Positions 26,271 to 39,989 of a stretch of 64,000 bases of DNA are shown here, piece by piece. The stretch is taken from NCBI RefSeq assembly GCF_006345805.1, contig NC_042998.1, forward strand, positions 151,590,001 through 151,654,000, written 5' to 3'. A model generated the notes under the pieces. It was not told the DNA's origin. It saw nothing but the letters and a program-made list of their open reading frames with translations, and ran no database searches. Position numbers and translations under genes: made by a program. Source of the DNA: Octopus sinensis (taxonomy: Eukaryota). Within the stretch, counting starts at the first letter, position 1. Every line of letters begins with the position of its first letter.

Positions 26271-26890
26271 ATTTGATGGGCTAAGGAAATCTCGAAAAGT
26301 CTGGGTAGTGTGTTAAGTAAACCAGAAAAGCCCAAGCTTATTTGATTTTGATGACGTAATTTGTCTAAGAGATAATTCTTTCAAAATTAGACTGCTAATT
26401 ACGAGAGCACGAACTTTTTATTCATATATTTACCGTTTATTTCAGATATTTTAGTTGAAATTATTTGCGACAAATATTGCTTTCAGATTTATGACACAAC
26501 TGTAGCTTTCTTTGAAGTTAGTTTTGTTTAATAATTTCCTGTAACTGTGATTATTGGGGAAATGTTTATTTGTTAAGGCTAGGAAAATGGTTGCTACGTT
26601 AGATATATCATTTAAAGACGAATGAGATGCAACAAGATTATATTACTGTCTTTTCTTGTTAGTGGATGCCAAAGAGTTAGAGATGTATATAATACCGTCT
26701 CTATAAATTTACCCGATATCCTAATATACAAGATTTTACACTCAGAGACATATGCACACATATGTGTCTATTTGGGTGTGTATATATATATGTATTTATA
26801 TACTGGTATATATATGTATGAATAATATATGCATATTGAATTAATGTATGCAAGTATGTATATATGAGTGTATCTCATATCTCATTCTCC

Positions 26891-26950
<60 letters not shown>

Positions 26951-27158
26951 AACATATACACACAGACACACACATATATATATATACATACATATATACA
27001 TATATATATACATATACATGTATATACAAATATATATATATATATATATATAGTATATATATATACTATATATATATATGGCCGCAGTCAAATGACTGAA
27101 ACAAGTAAAAGAATAAAAGAGTATATATATGCATATGCATACACATATGCATGCATAC

Positions 27159-27244
<86 letters not shown>

Positions 27245-27844
27245 CTCACACATATGTGTATATATAATCAGGTGAATGAATGTTTCTGTGTCTCTCTTTA
27301 AGAGATATTCTCCATTTTTTTTACTTTAAAAAACGCAAAAGCTGATTAATAATCAATGATGTTTAGGCAAGCTTTTCTTCCATTCTTTATCTGAAAGACT
27401 TTCTAAAAGTTTAGGACGTTGATCTTGTAGTTTTGCTCTGAGTATTAAAGAATTATATTCAAATAGAAGTTAACCAGTGCAGTGGAAGCTTCTAAAATGC
27501 TGCATTGCGAGAAATACGTATAGTTTCTTGTCGAATTCTTAATGTGTTTCGTAAAGTTGCTGCTGATGCTGCTGCTGCTGTTGTTGTTGTTGTTTAGCTC
27601 CACTAGTCAAGTTGGAGCAAAAATTTCCAAGCATGACCATCCTGCCATTTACTTCAGATACAGTATGTCTTATGATACATTACACCAGCAATTTCGAAAT
27701 AAGTTGAATAGATAGGGCCTTCAAACGCTTGGGGTCGGTGGGTATTGCATTCCTTTAAATATATGTAAAATGTTGTCGTAAGTCGGTCCGCTCGATTCTA
27801 AATAAAATAAAACGTATATTAACATTTGTGAATAAAGATTGAAT

Positions 27845-28035
27845 TTAAATTTTGGCTCAAGGCCAGCAATTTCGAAGGTGGGAGGAAGTCGACTACATCG
27901 ACTCCCCAATGATCAACCTGGTACTTAATTCATCGATTCCCAAAAGAATGCAAGGTAAAGTCAACCTTGGCAGACTTTGAACTCAGAACGTAAAGACGGA
28001 TGCATTTTGCCTAGCGTCCTATTTTGCCAGTACGC
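27845..28035 (-). mobile_element. SINE family B, diverged copy
   Basis: Reverse complement similar to 61715-61920 and 46694-46937 (TTCTGAGTTCAAA...GTTGACTTT...GTCGAT). Confidence 0.65.
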
Positions 28036-28159
28036 CGCCTTATAAGATTGAATAAATATATGTATATGTACAACACGCATATATGCACATATATACGTGC
28101 ATGTTTGTGTGTGTGTGCATAAATAAATGGCATCAGTAGCAGCAGCAGCAGCGGCAGCG

Positions 28160-28235
<76 letters not shown>

Positions 28236-28393
28236 AAGCAGCAGGGGTTTTACATTTTCAGAAAATTAACCAGTTTGGAATCGCAGAACTGACCTTCAGG
28301 TAGATATTGTTCTGATAGTGTTGATGTTTGGAAATGTCATCTAGGCGAAGGAACAGAAACATTTCTATCAAGAACTAAGAAAGCGCCCACAAA

Positions 28394-28443
<50 letters not shown>

Positions 28444-28554
28444 TGTTATTATTATTATTGAAAATTAATATCATTATTGTTATTGTTGTTGCTATTGATA
28501 TTCTACTACTTCTACTACTACTATTACTACTATTACTATTATCATCACCACCAC

Positions 28555-28595
<41 letters not shown>

Positions 28596-28615
28596 GTAGT
28601 AGTAGTAGTAGTAGT

Positions 28616-28679
<64 letters not shown>

Positions 28680-29012
28680 ATACTCGTAGTAGTAGTAGTA
28701 TGTTCTGCATTTCTTCTTTTTTTCTATGAAGGTGATTATATGAAATATTTTCGAGTGAGTAAAACCGAAAGAGCGATATTGGAGAGAAGTGCAAGAAGCA
28801 GCCATAGATCACTGAACAAATTTGTTGGCCATTAAAATGTCAAAGGTTTCTTGGTCGCTGATTTTCGTTTATTTATCTATTTATTTATTTATTTATTCAT
28901 TTGTGCTGTTATACATCAAGGAGCAGATCTGTGATAAAAAGGTAAAAAACAGTGTAAAAATATACCAGGAGTAAAAAGAAAGGGAGCGGAATGAGAGAGA
29001 AAGAGAAAAAGG

Positions 29013-29077
<65 letters not shown>

Positions 29078-29557
29078 CGTGAAGTGTTTGAAAGTATGTG
29101 AAGACCGGAAGGAAACAGCGTTCGAAAGCAACAACAATATTAACACCAACAAAATCAACGCCAATAACAAAAACTTATAACAGTACAGCAATAACAACAG
29201 CAACAGCAACAATCACAACCACAACATCAGCAGTAGTAGCAACAACAACAAAAATAGTAATAGTCCTTTCTACTATAGGCACAAGGCCTGGATTTTGTGG
29301 GGAGGAGGATAGTTGATCGCATCGACCCCAGTACTCAAAATAATAATAATAATAATAACAACAATAACAACAACAACAACAACAATAATAATAATAATAA
29401 TAATAATGATGATGATGATGATGGGGCTAAAACAGCAGTAACATCGTCCTTTGTAGGACTGTCACATCCTATTTGCATATAAACTTCATTATTCGGTACT
29501 GTTACTGTATATCTCTCAATCAGAGATTTAAAACAAGTTTTTTTTCTCTATACGAGA

Positions 29558-30031
29558 TCAGTGACTGTGTGTCGCATAAAGAATATATAGTATTTGCGAG
29601 TGGAGTGAGACAATTGCCGGGCTCATTATACTCATCCATCATTCTCACTCTCCTTTTTCAAAAGCTTGAAAAATATAGACGAGGGTTTGACCAAAAAGGA
29701 AAGTGCCTATTTTCAGTTCTCACATGATGTTACTTGTAGAGAATACCTGCCCTTCAGCATCAAAAGGTGTCGGGGTGATGTTTACGATAAACTCGGTACC
29801 ATGTTGGTCAGGCCTGGTTAACGTCATTGACGTATCTCTAAGGTTTATCTCCAACTCGCGTAATGCTGGCAGCCTTGCAAGAACAAAGGCGCTTGAAACT
29901 TGTCCATAGTCCTCAGCCTGAAAGTCCACTAGAAGAAATTATTCAGAATCAAAAGAAGCAGTGAGTGGTTCAGGATAGGTAGGGTACCTAAACCAACACC
30001 AGGTGATTACCTCGCCTCCAATGAGGAACTT
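29558..30031 (-). pseudogene. Unidentified decayed reading frame (~158 codons including 5 stops)
   Basis: One frame reads ...WCWFRYPTYPEPL...DFQAEDYGQVSSAFVLARLPALRELEINL...PDQHGTEFIVNITPTPFDAEG...; complex composition, family not recognised. Confidence 0.35.
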
Positions 30032-30207
30032 TCATTGTTATATTCTTCCTTGGTATTATTGTTTCAATTGTGTACTCGTTGTTTTGTGTAAAATCCCCAC
30101 AATCTACATCTTCTATATTGTCCCCTATATGTCGGTCCTGTTGGCCAATAAATGAAATAATAGGAATTATTATTATTATTATTATTATTACTATTATTAT
30201 TATTATT

Positions 30208-30243
<36 letters not shown>

Positions 30244-31359
30244 GTTGTTGTTGTTGTTCCTGTGCTTGATCTTGCCTCAAGGGATAATATTCATTCAAAA
30301 TGTGTAACAAAAAGGTTTATAGATGTGGAGAAGCACGTATATATACATATAAAAAACATCGTCCGCATTTTATAAAATCTCGTTCGTTCTCCACCTCTCT
30401 CTGTTTCTCTGTCTCTCTTTATCTTTCTCTCTCTCTCTGTCTCTCTTCATCTTTCTCTCTCTCTTTCTCTCTTTCTCTCTCTTAGATTGTACAGTATATA
30501 TTTGTACACCGAGTTGTCACATGTACTCTCACTATAATTTCAGTATCATTTGCAGAATTCGCCTTCATTACCGAAACAACACCACAACAACGATCAAACC
30601 ACACAACAACATGGCTAACACATTTAATCTGTTGAATTCAGAAAATCCCATATCTAGACAGTCTCCATCTTTGTTTCAAGTATTTTGAACAGAGTTATTT
30701 TAAACATATTAATATTTGCAGCACAGAATTTTGTCTGTGAACAAGTCTCGGTTTAAAGCGACGAAAATATTTTGACAAATTTAAATGTTGAAGTGAATCT
30801 AACGGTTTTTGTGTGTTTTTAAATGGCTTATAAACACCTTCCACGCTGCAACATTTTTAATTACCACTGATATTAACAAAGACATATAATTTACATATAA
30901 TCAGAAATATAAAACATCCCCCAACGCCCGCACCACCGATTTGAAAAGGTTTTATACTTCCAGTAAAATAAAATCTTCTTGTATAAATATACGTTAAAGT
31001 TATCTCCCTTCTTTCAATGTATTCCCATAATTAATATTATTTATTTTCTGTTTATATCAACTATGATGGCGTAGGTTGTGCTTTATTTTTAAATAAAGAT
31101 ATTAACTGATTGTTTCGTAACAACTATATAAAAAGTAATAACTCATGTCTCTCTTCATATTTTTCAATCTCCTCTACATCTTAAGCCTACCGACATATTT
31201 TTCCAAACTTTAGATATTCGGAATTATTAATTTTTTTTTCTCTTTTCATTACTCTGGTGAATTTTAACACGAAACGATACATCTTCCCTAAGTAATTTAG
31301 ATTCCAGTTGAAATGAAAATTATAACACCCCTACCACACAGACACACACACACACACAC

Positions 31360-31392
<33 letters not shown>

Positions 31393-31904
31393 TTTTAATA
31401 TGCTTACCTAAGTCTATATCTGCATATACGTGTAAATGTGTGCGAGTATCTGTATATGTGTCTAAATACGTGTTTCTATCTATCAATCTATCTACATCCC
31501 TCCTTCGTCTTTTCTCTCTCCGTGTTTACATATATACATATCTGTATAAATTTGTGTGTATGTATGTATGTATGTATGTATGTATGTATGTATGTATGTA
31601 TGTATGTATGTATGTATGTATGTATGTATGTATGTATGTATGTGTGTGTGTATATATATGTATGTGTGTATGCGTATAGCAGTAATAAAAGTGAACTTAA
31701 GATTAAACTGGTGGAATGTTTGGCTTCACGAACGGAAAAGCGCCATAATAAAAGTCACGTGGCCTGAAATTATCAAGGTCAATGAGGTCAATTCAGTTTC
31801 AGTCTCTGTTATGAAGTATTCAGCGTGTGTTGACGTCATTTCCGATGTCGGTGATTAGACAGATTCTCTGTCTAATTTTGATAAACATTCCATGCATGCG
31901 AGCA

Positions 31905-31942
<38 letters not shown>

Positions 31943-32350
31943 CATACATACCTAGTACACATTTATATACACATATATACATACATGTATGCATACTCAT
32001 ACATATATACATACGCGTATATACATACTCACTAATACATATACACACTCATATACATTCACACGTACAAACATACATTATATACATATAATATATATAT
32101 ATATATATACATATGTAATATATATATATATACATATGTATATATATATATATATATATGTATAGTTATATATATATATATATATATAGGTATAATATGT
32201 ATGTATATATATGTAGGTATATATATGTATATTATATATTGTATATATATATGTGTATATATGTATATATATATGTGTATATATTATATATATGTATATA
32301 TATATTATATGTATATATGTATATATAGTATATATATATATATATATATG

Positions 32351-32392
<42 letters not shown>

Positions 32393-33258
32393 ATATGCAT
32401 TGTATATATAATGATATATATATATAATGTATAGATATATATATATTATATATATACAGTCATATGCATATGTATATATATATATATATATTACAAAGAT
32501 ATGTGGTGGTGGCGCGTTTGTGAAAGTGTGTGTGTGTGTGTGTGTGTGTGCTAACTTTCTCTATCGTCATGGTCATAGTCGCACATTTACACACAGGTGC
32601 ACACATACACACATACATTTACACATTCTCATTCTCACATACGATGTATACACGCACAGATGTAAGATTCCCTGGACAAAAATAGTAAACCTGTCAAGGA
32701 GACGGATATAAACATACACGTATAAATATACACACAATGATATAGACAGGCAGGAAAAAATTCGTTTTATGAGAGAGGATAGGAAAGGAGAGAGAAAGAG
32801 CGGTAGAAGATAAAACAGAGACGGGGAGAGAGAAAGAGGGAGAAATGTAGGCAAAAACATTGGTGGTGATGTAATCAATAGATTCTCAATGAATTGAAAT
32901 TTACTCCTTAGTAGGTGAAAGAATGCCGAAACTTCGTTGTAAAATGTTAGACTTCCTAATCAAAGGGGCGATAATTTAAAGAAGTTAATTGTGAATTAAT
33001 GTGAAAGTAAATTTCATTTTTATGAATAACAGTAAAATGTGATCTCCGTTAGGAGAAAAGATAACCGATATGGACATATTTTTGGCTTATTAACTCTTAT
33101 CAGAGAAGGATAGTATTCTGAAAACTTTTTTGATTAGTGGACATCATTTGATATAAGAAAAAACAGGGTACTCATAGGTAGACATACCAAATCAATTCAT
33201 ACGTATGTATGTATGCTTTATTATATGTATACAACAAATATACATATAATAATACATG

Positions 33259-33300
<42 letters not shown>

Positions 33301-33388
33301 ACAAATTACATACTACATGTATATATATAATAATATATTATATATATATATAGATTTATACTATATATATTATATTATATATATATAT

Positions 33389-33801
33389 AGCGCAGGAGTG
33401 GCTGTGTGGTAAGTAGCTTGCTAACCAACCACATTGTTGCGGGGCAGTCCACTGCGCGTGGATCCTGGGCAAGTGTCTTCTGCTATAGCCCCGGGCCGAC
33501 CAATGCCTTGTGAGTGGATTTGGTAGACGGAAACTGAAAGAAGCCTGTCGTATATATGTATATATGTATATGTATGTGTGTGTGTGTGGTGTCTGTGTTT
33601 GTCCCCCTAGCATTGCTTGACAACCGATTGCTGGTGTGTTTACGTCCTCGTCACTTAGCGGTTTGGCAAAAAGAGACCGATAGAATAGTACTGGGTTTAC
33701 AGAGAATAAGTCCCGGGGTCGATTTGCTCGACTAAAGGCGGTGCTCCAGCATGGCCGCAGTCAAATGACTGAAACAAGTAAAAGAGTAAAAGAGTAAAAG
33801 A

Positions 33802-33802
<1 letters not shown>
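33389..33802 (+). mobile_element. SINE family A, full length
   Basis: Head GCGCAGGAGTGGCTGTGTGGTAAG, central (TG)n, tail GACTGAAACAAGT(AAAAGAGT)n. Confidence 0.9.
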
Positions 33803-33840
<38 letters not shown>

Positions 33841-33844
<4 letters not shown>

Positions 33845-34030
33845 TCATTTGACTGCGGCCATCCTAGAACACCATCTTTAGTGGAGCAAATCGACCCCAG
33901 GACTTATTCTTTGTAATCCTAGTACTTACACATCGGACTATTTTGCCGAACCACTTGATTTACGGGAATGTAAACGCAGCACCATTGGTTGTCAAGCGAT
34001 GGTGGAGTGGGACAAACACAGACACAAACA
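33841..34030 (-). mobile_element. SINE family A 3' part, inverted relative to the preceding copy
   Basis: TCAGTCATTTGACTGCGGCCATCCTAG... is the reverse complement of the family A tail region. Confidence 0.75.
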
Positions 34031-34201
34031 TATACAAACATATATACATACATACATGCATACCTATATCTATATATATATATATATATATATGTATAAT
34101 ATATATATCGATATATGTATATATATATATAATATATATGTTATATATATATATTTATACATACATACATACATACATATATATATATATTAGATATATA
34201 T

Positions 34202-34233
<32 letters not shown>

Positions 34234-34244
34234 ATACCTATGTA

Positions 34245-34800
34245 TCTATATATATATAAAAACTGAGATGTGTCTGTCCTCTGTCTCTCTGTTTGTCTGT
34301 GTGTTTCCCTAAAACTTGAGAACTACACAACCAATTTCATTCAAATTTTACACATGCCTTACTTAGGGTCCATGTAGTTTCATGGGGGAAAAAAATGTTC
34401 AACTTCTTGCCAAGGGCGAGCCCATAGCAAGATCATATCTTTTCCACTATTTCAGTATTACGTGTTAAAAGTGAAACAAAAACATTTCTCTATTTTACGT
34501 CAGATACTTTCACTTTAACAGTAAAAATTAGAGATAATAATAACAATTGAATCATATGTAGTAAGTAATAATTAAAATCAAACTAAAGTATAATATAATA
34601 ATTAAATCGTAACATAACAATTAAAAAGAAAAATAGCAATTGGTATAAAATTGCATCAATGACTTGAATAAGTGGTTTCACATGAATGGGAATAAATTTT
34701 AAATAAAATTAGCGTGCAGAAATGGAATAGTCCAAATGGAGCTGTGCACATACCCTTTACCACGTCTTTTACATTAGATTATCTGCTAATTAACTAGCAT
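34245..34800 (+). mobile_element. Non-autonomous Helitron-like element (3' end uncertain)
   Basis: A|TCTATATATATAAA...GTCTGT microsatellite...ACCAATTTCATTCAAATTTT, a 5' pattern typical of Lep1-like Helitrons and similar to 56682. Confidence 0.45.
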
Positions 34801-34819
34801 TAAGTATCTATATGAAGTT

Positions 34820-35700
34820 TGGCTGTATGTAATGTCTGTTTTCTCGAACATACGCTTCTACCGGGTACTGCTGTTGGTTTATTTCTAATCTATAATGGAC
34901 TATAGTTTCAACTGAGTACGGTTTTTTGATTCACCGTAAGGTTTGTTGTTATTATTGTTACTGTTTAACTATTGTTATCACGTTTGTTGGTTCCTCGTAA
35001 GGGAAGCGTTGTTGTGTTGCATTTGTTAAATAATTGTAAACCGTATCCCTCCCCCTTTGGGAGAAGGAGCTTTGGTTATTGTTTAAAAATTGAATTGTGT
35101 CCCTGTTTGGGGAAACTGACCATATTTTCACCGTTTATACAGAAGCATTTTTGTTAAAATGTCTTCGATAGAAGAAAGTCCAAAAATGAATTTTGCTGCA
35201 GCCGTCGGCGGGCGCGAACTCATTAAAATTAAAATGGAAGAAATGCAAACCTATTTCGGATTGATCACCGACAAAGACGGTGAATCTAGGATAACACCAC
35301 CAAACGAAATAAAAAATTTAATTAAAGAAAAGACTATTGTCTATAAAGTATACAATGTAGAGAAAAAAAGATTTGAACACCTGGAGGAAAGCACCATTGA
35401 AAAGTGTCTTGGTGCGACTATGAAAGATATCAAGTATCTAACCAGAGGCGGTAAATTCGCCACAACAGAAGCAAGGTTTGAGTCAACGGAGCGTGCAAGG
35501 GAGTACTCGACTCGAACCTTGCAAAGTGGAAATATTCTATTTTTACCTTTATATCTGGAACGTAGGACGTCCCGGATAAAAATTTAAAATGTCCCCTCAG
35601 ATGTAGAGGTAGGCTGGATTGTAGCCACACTTCTATACAAGAGGGAGGACAAGGTACAATTGATCAAAATTGCAAGAGACGGGCCTACAATTCCAGTCTG
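34820..35700 (+). mobile_element. Tx1/L1-type 5' UTR plus ORF1 N-terminus, 3'-truncated
   Basis: ORF 35159-35587 ILFLPLYLERRTSRIKI*NVPSDVEVGWI aligns by eye with ILFLPSYCGRKLIRAWTCGLPPVTEADWI of ORF 10815. Confidence 0.65.
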
Positions 35701-35821
35701 TTATATATTTTGAGTATTGTTATCACTAGCGATATTTTGTATTTTGTATTTTATGTGTAGATGTATATATATAGAGATGTACATGTAATATGTACACATA
35801 TAGATATACACATATGACTAG

Positions 35822-35861
<40 letters not shown>

Positions 35862-36557
35862 GACGGGCTTCTTTCAATTTCCGTCTACCAAATCCACTTA
35901 CAAGGCTTTGATCGGCCCGAGGGTATAGTAGAAGACACTTGCCTAAGGTGCGCAGTGGGACTGAACATGGAACTATATGGTTGGTAAGCAAGCTACTTAC
36001 CACTTAGCGAATATATGTATATATATATATATATATATTATTATATATATATATATATTATATATAAAACTGTAAAATAAACTGGGAGGAAAGAGACGGA
36101 ACGAAGTGAGAATTCGAAAAATCGAAAATTCAAACGAACCCGACGCGAGGCGCTGTCAGACAATAGTGTAATAAATAAAATTCTCTCGTAGGGAGGCCTA
36201 GCATGGCCAGACGTGTCCTGTCTTGCCTTCGAAACACGCTATGTCTGATAGCGACTGCTGATGAAGGGGATTTTTCCTTGTGCAGCATGTCCTGTACCTC
36301 GTTTTTCTGCTGTACATAAAATTTTTCCCGTTTTCGTTTTCGTCTTGTTTCACGTCTCTGTCCTTCTGTTGTAACAAAATGGCCTTCCGTTTTCGTTTCT
36401 GTTGATTTTTACGTCTTTTTGTGGTGTCCTGTACGTATATATATTTATATATGCATGTATATATACATGTAGATGTCGGTACGTACATATATGCTTGTAT
36501 GTATGCATATATTTTATATATATGTATATATATATAATTTTTTATAATTAGGAGTAT

Positions 36558-36877
36558 AATTATAATTAGGGTACAGCAAAAAATTTCCTTTACCACATAC
36601 CGAAATTTAGAAATAGCAGCCAAAACTACATATTTCTCTACCATAAGAAAATCTCCCAGGCACCAATACTAATTCTTTACATTTATCTAACTCCGAAACG
36701 CGTCTACAATTAATCAAAGCCGGGTGAATTCGTTATTTTTTCTCTATGCCTACATGGGTTGTTGAGTATTGTTGTATGGGAGATTTTCTTATGGTAGAGA
36801 AATAGCTAGTTTTAACTGCTATTTCTAAATTTCGGTATGTGGTGAAGCAAATTTTTTGCTGAACGCTAATCATAATT
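36558..36877. mobile_element. MITE/foldback with ~100-bp imperfect terminal inverted repeats
   Basis: 36558-36658 pairs with 36777-36877 (e.g. ACCACATACCGAAATTTAGAAATAGCAG / CTGCTATTTCTAAATTTCGGTATGTGGT). Confidence 0.8.
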
Positions 36878-37080
36878 ATTTTGATTTTTGATTTTTGATT
36901 TTTCCAGTTTCAGCTTATGAGCTGTGGCCATGCTGGGGCACCGCCATTTATACTCATAATTATAAAAATGTTTGTTTAAGTTTACCGATAATGGTTCTTT
37001 TAACATGCCGAAGTACTTCGTAAAATTATCAATTATTGATTAATTAATAAATTTTACCCTTTATTATTATTGATATATAC

Positions 37081-39108
37081 CAGCAGGCCTCGGGAGTGGT
37101 CATGGGAACAAGAATGGGCCCCAACTATGCGAACCTGTTCGTTGGCTATGTTGAGGCCCAAATATTCTCTAGTTTCACTGGTCCCACTCCCGAAATATAT
37201 GGCCGTTATATTGACGACTGTATCGGTGCAACCTCACTCTCCCACGAACATCTAGACTCCTTCCTCTCTTTTATCAAATCTCTCCATCCTACCCTCCACT
37301 TCTCCTGCACTATCTCTGACACATCTTTCTTCTTCTTGACATTCGGTCAGCATTCATCACTCCACTCTTTTACCACCTCCATCCACTACAAATACACAGA
37401 CTCACATTCCTCATCACTTCTCCTCCTCCCACCCCAAACACACCAAGCTTTCCATCCCCTATTCCCAATTCCTCCGTCTACGCAGACTCTGTAGTGATGA
37501 CCATGACTTTGAGACTCAGTCTCAACTCATGGCTCGCCACTTCATCCTACGTGGATATCCCCTCACCTCTATCCACACCGCCCTTGCCAGAGCACGTTCT
37601 GTGGACCGTGCATCTGCGCACTCCCTCCGACCCGCCCTGCAGTCTCCCGCCTCCCTTTTCCCCGCACCTACCATCCCACCACCCTACCTCTCCAACGCAT
37701 CATTCTCCGAGCTTTTCGGCATCTCCAGTCCGACCCGTCCACTTCGCACATCTTCCAAAACCGACCCCTCCCCTCCTTCAAACGAGCCCACAACCACAGC
37801 TTCTTCCCCAACCCTACCTCGTTCCCCTGCTCCTGCCCACGCTGCCGCACTTGCCCTTACCTCTCCAGCACTACCCTCCTCACGGGCACCCATCATCGAC
37901 CTTATCGCATCACCGACTCCTTCACCTGTACCTCCACCAATATCATCTATTGCATCTCTTGCTCTCTCTGCCATTCCCTGTACATTAGACAAACGGGACG
38001 CCGCTTGGCTGACCGGTTCGCGGAACACCTCCGAGACATCCGCCTCGGCAATGACACCCCGGTCTCACGACATTTCCGTTCTACCGGTCACTCTTTGCAA
38101 CACCTGTCCGTGTTCGGATTGTCCTTGCACATAGGCCATCCTGACTCCCGTTTGCGCTGTGAACAGAGATTAATCTTCTCTCTTCGCTCATTTACGCCAT
38201 TTGGGCTCAACTCCCCCCTCTTCATTTAACCTCCCCCCGTTTCCTCTCTCCCCCTCCTTCCTCCTACTTTCTCCCACCCAACTCTCCTTTCTAGTCCCGT
38301 CTCCTGCTTCTTTTCACTCCTTCTCTTCACCCATATTCTCTTTCCCTCTTCTCTATTACTCTCCTTCTCTCTTCTCTCTTTCTCTCTTCTCTCTTACTCT
38401 CTTTCTCTCTTCTCTCTTGCTCTCTCTCCTCACATACCCACCTTCCCCTTCCCCTTTATTGTCTCCCCCATAATCCCACCCCATCCTGCACATTCTTTTC
38501 CCACCTTCCCTGTCCTTCCCCTCCCTCTCATCCCATCCTCCTATCCTATCCCCTACACATTCCTACTCCCATCTCTACCCCACCTCTAACCCCACCCTCT
38601 GCCTACCCACATACCCCATCTCTACCTTTCCCTACTCTCGCTTCCCCCATCTTCCAACAACATCACATCACATCACACTACACCATACAACATTACACAT
38701 CGCATCACGACACACCACCCACACACCAGCACTGACCAATTCCCATCCCCACTTTTTCCACACCTACACATACATACACGCACACGTCCAGACCACCAGC
38801 CCTTTTTCACACGCACATACATACTCTCTTATACACACACGCGCCTTCGTGCTGGGGGTTATCTTTACTGTTATCTCCCCTACTTCTTCGCTCTCCTGTT
38901 TGACCCTTCTGTCCGGCAGTCAGTCGCCATGATAGATCGTTAGCCACTACACACATTTTTTCTCTCCTTGTTTTTATCTGTGTCCCTTTCTGTAGAAGAG
39001 CGTAGGCTCAAAACCTAAAATGCTTTTTCTATTCCTGAGCGTTATACTAATACATCTGTTTGTTTTGTACACCACCTGTCTTCGTTTTTTGTTTTTTTCG
39101 TGAACTCT

Positions 39109-39112
<4 letters not shown>
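37081..39112 (+). mobile_element. Neptune-type Penelope-like element, 5'-truncated: RT, GIY-YIG, pyrimidine-rich 3' UTR, pLTR
   Basis: VMGTRMGPNYANLFVG...YGRYIDD; ...ADRFAEHLRDIR...PVSRHF...EQRLIFSLRSFTPFGLN. Terminal segment has a degenerate HHR (CTGTAGAAGAGCGTAGGCTCAAAAC, 38990-39014). Confidence 0.85.
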
Positions 39113-39147
<35 letters not shown>

Positions 39148-39223
39148 TTATGCAGCTGATGAGGATAAATCAAACATACGTTTGGCAATCGTATTTGAAA
39201 AATCCGAAACCGGTACTGCATAA
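39148..39223 (+). ncRNA. Canonical type I hammerhead in a ~270-bp island between (TA)n tracts, cleavage after 39215
   Basis: TTATGCAG-CTGATGA-GGAT[35 nt]ATCC-GAAAC-CG-GTA-CTGCATAA: 8-bp stem I, palindromic ACCGGT stem III. Confidence 0.87.
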
Positions 39224-39404
39224 TCCGTTATTTAGGTTTTTCATTTTTCAGATGTTCTTCCTAGAGGTAAGACAATTTTTTTCATGTTTGTTGCACACAC
39301 GCATCTTTACTAGTACATACGCAGTGAAGCTATACATTAGCGTCGTATTTATTACGTTCGCTATTTTCCAGTAAATATCGGTGCTTCGTTGTACCATTTA
39401 TTTA

Positions 39405-39490
<86 letters not shown>

Positions 39491-39989
39491 GTATGTATGT
39501 ATGTATGCATGTATGTATGTATGTATGTATGTATGTATGTATGTATGTATGCATGTATGTATTATATATTTATATATGTATATATATATATATATATTAT
39601 ATATATATATATACACACATACACACATACACACGCACACACACACACACATACACACACACACGAATATATACGTATTATGTAAATATATGCACATATA
39701 TTTACTCGCTCGTGTGTGTGTGTGTGTGCTTGTATGTGTACATATGTTCTGGTCGCTGGAGTTAGCTATAATGACAGTGGGATATAGGAGAGAGAGAAAG
39801 AGAGAGGAAGAAAGAATGCATGTGCTTAAGGGGAGAGAGTCACTTCTAAGTTTATTTATTTATTTATTTTCCCATTTCTAAGTTGGAAAATTTTTCTGGG
39901 ATGTTGAAGGCTGGAGAGGCAAGAACATACATATTTTCCATCAATTACTTATGTTACACTTATTATTAATAGAATACTCGTTTATGGTT

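Noticed and set aside
36226-36269. Permuted hammerhead-like order GAAAC...GTC...CTGATGA (type II-like)
   Set aside because: Stem I cannot form, stem II pairing consumes core bases, and a competing CGCTAT/ATAGCG hairpin exists.
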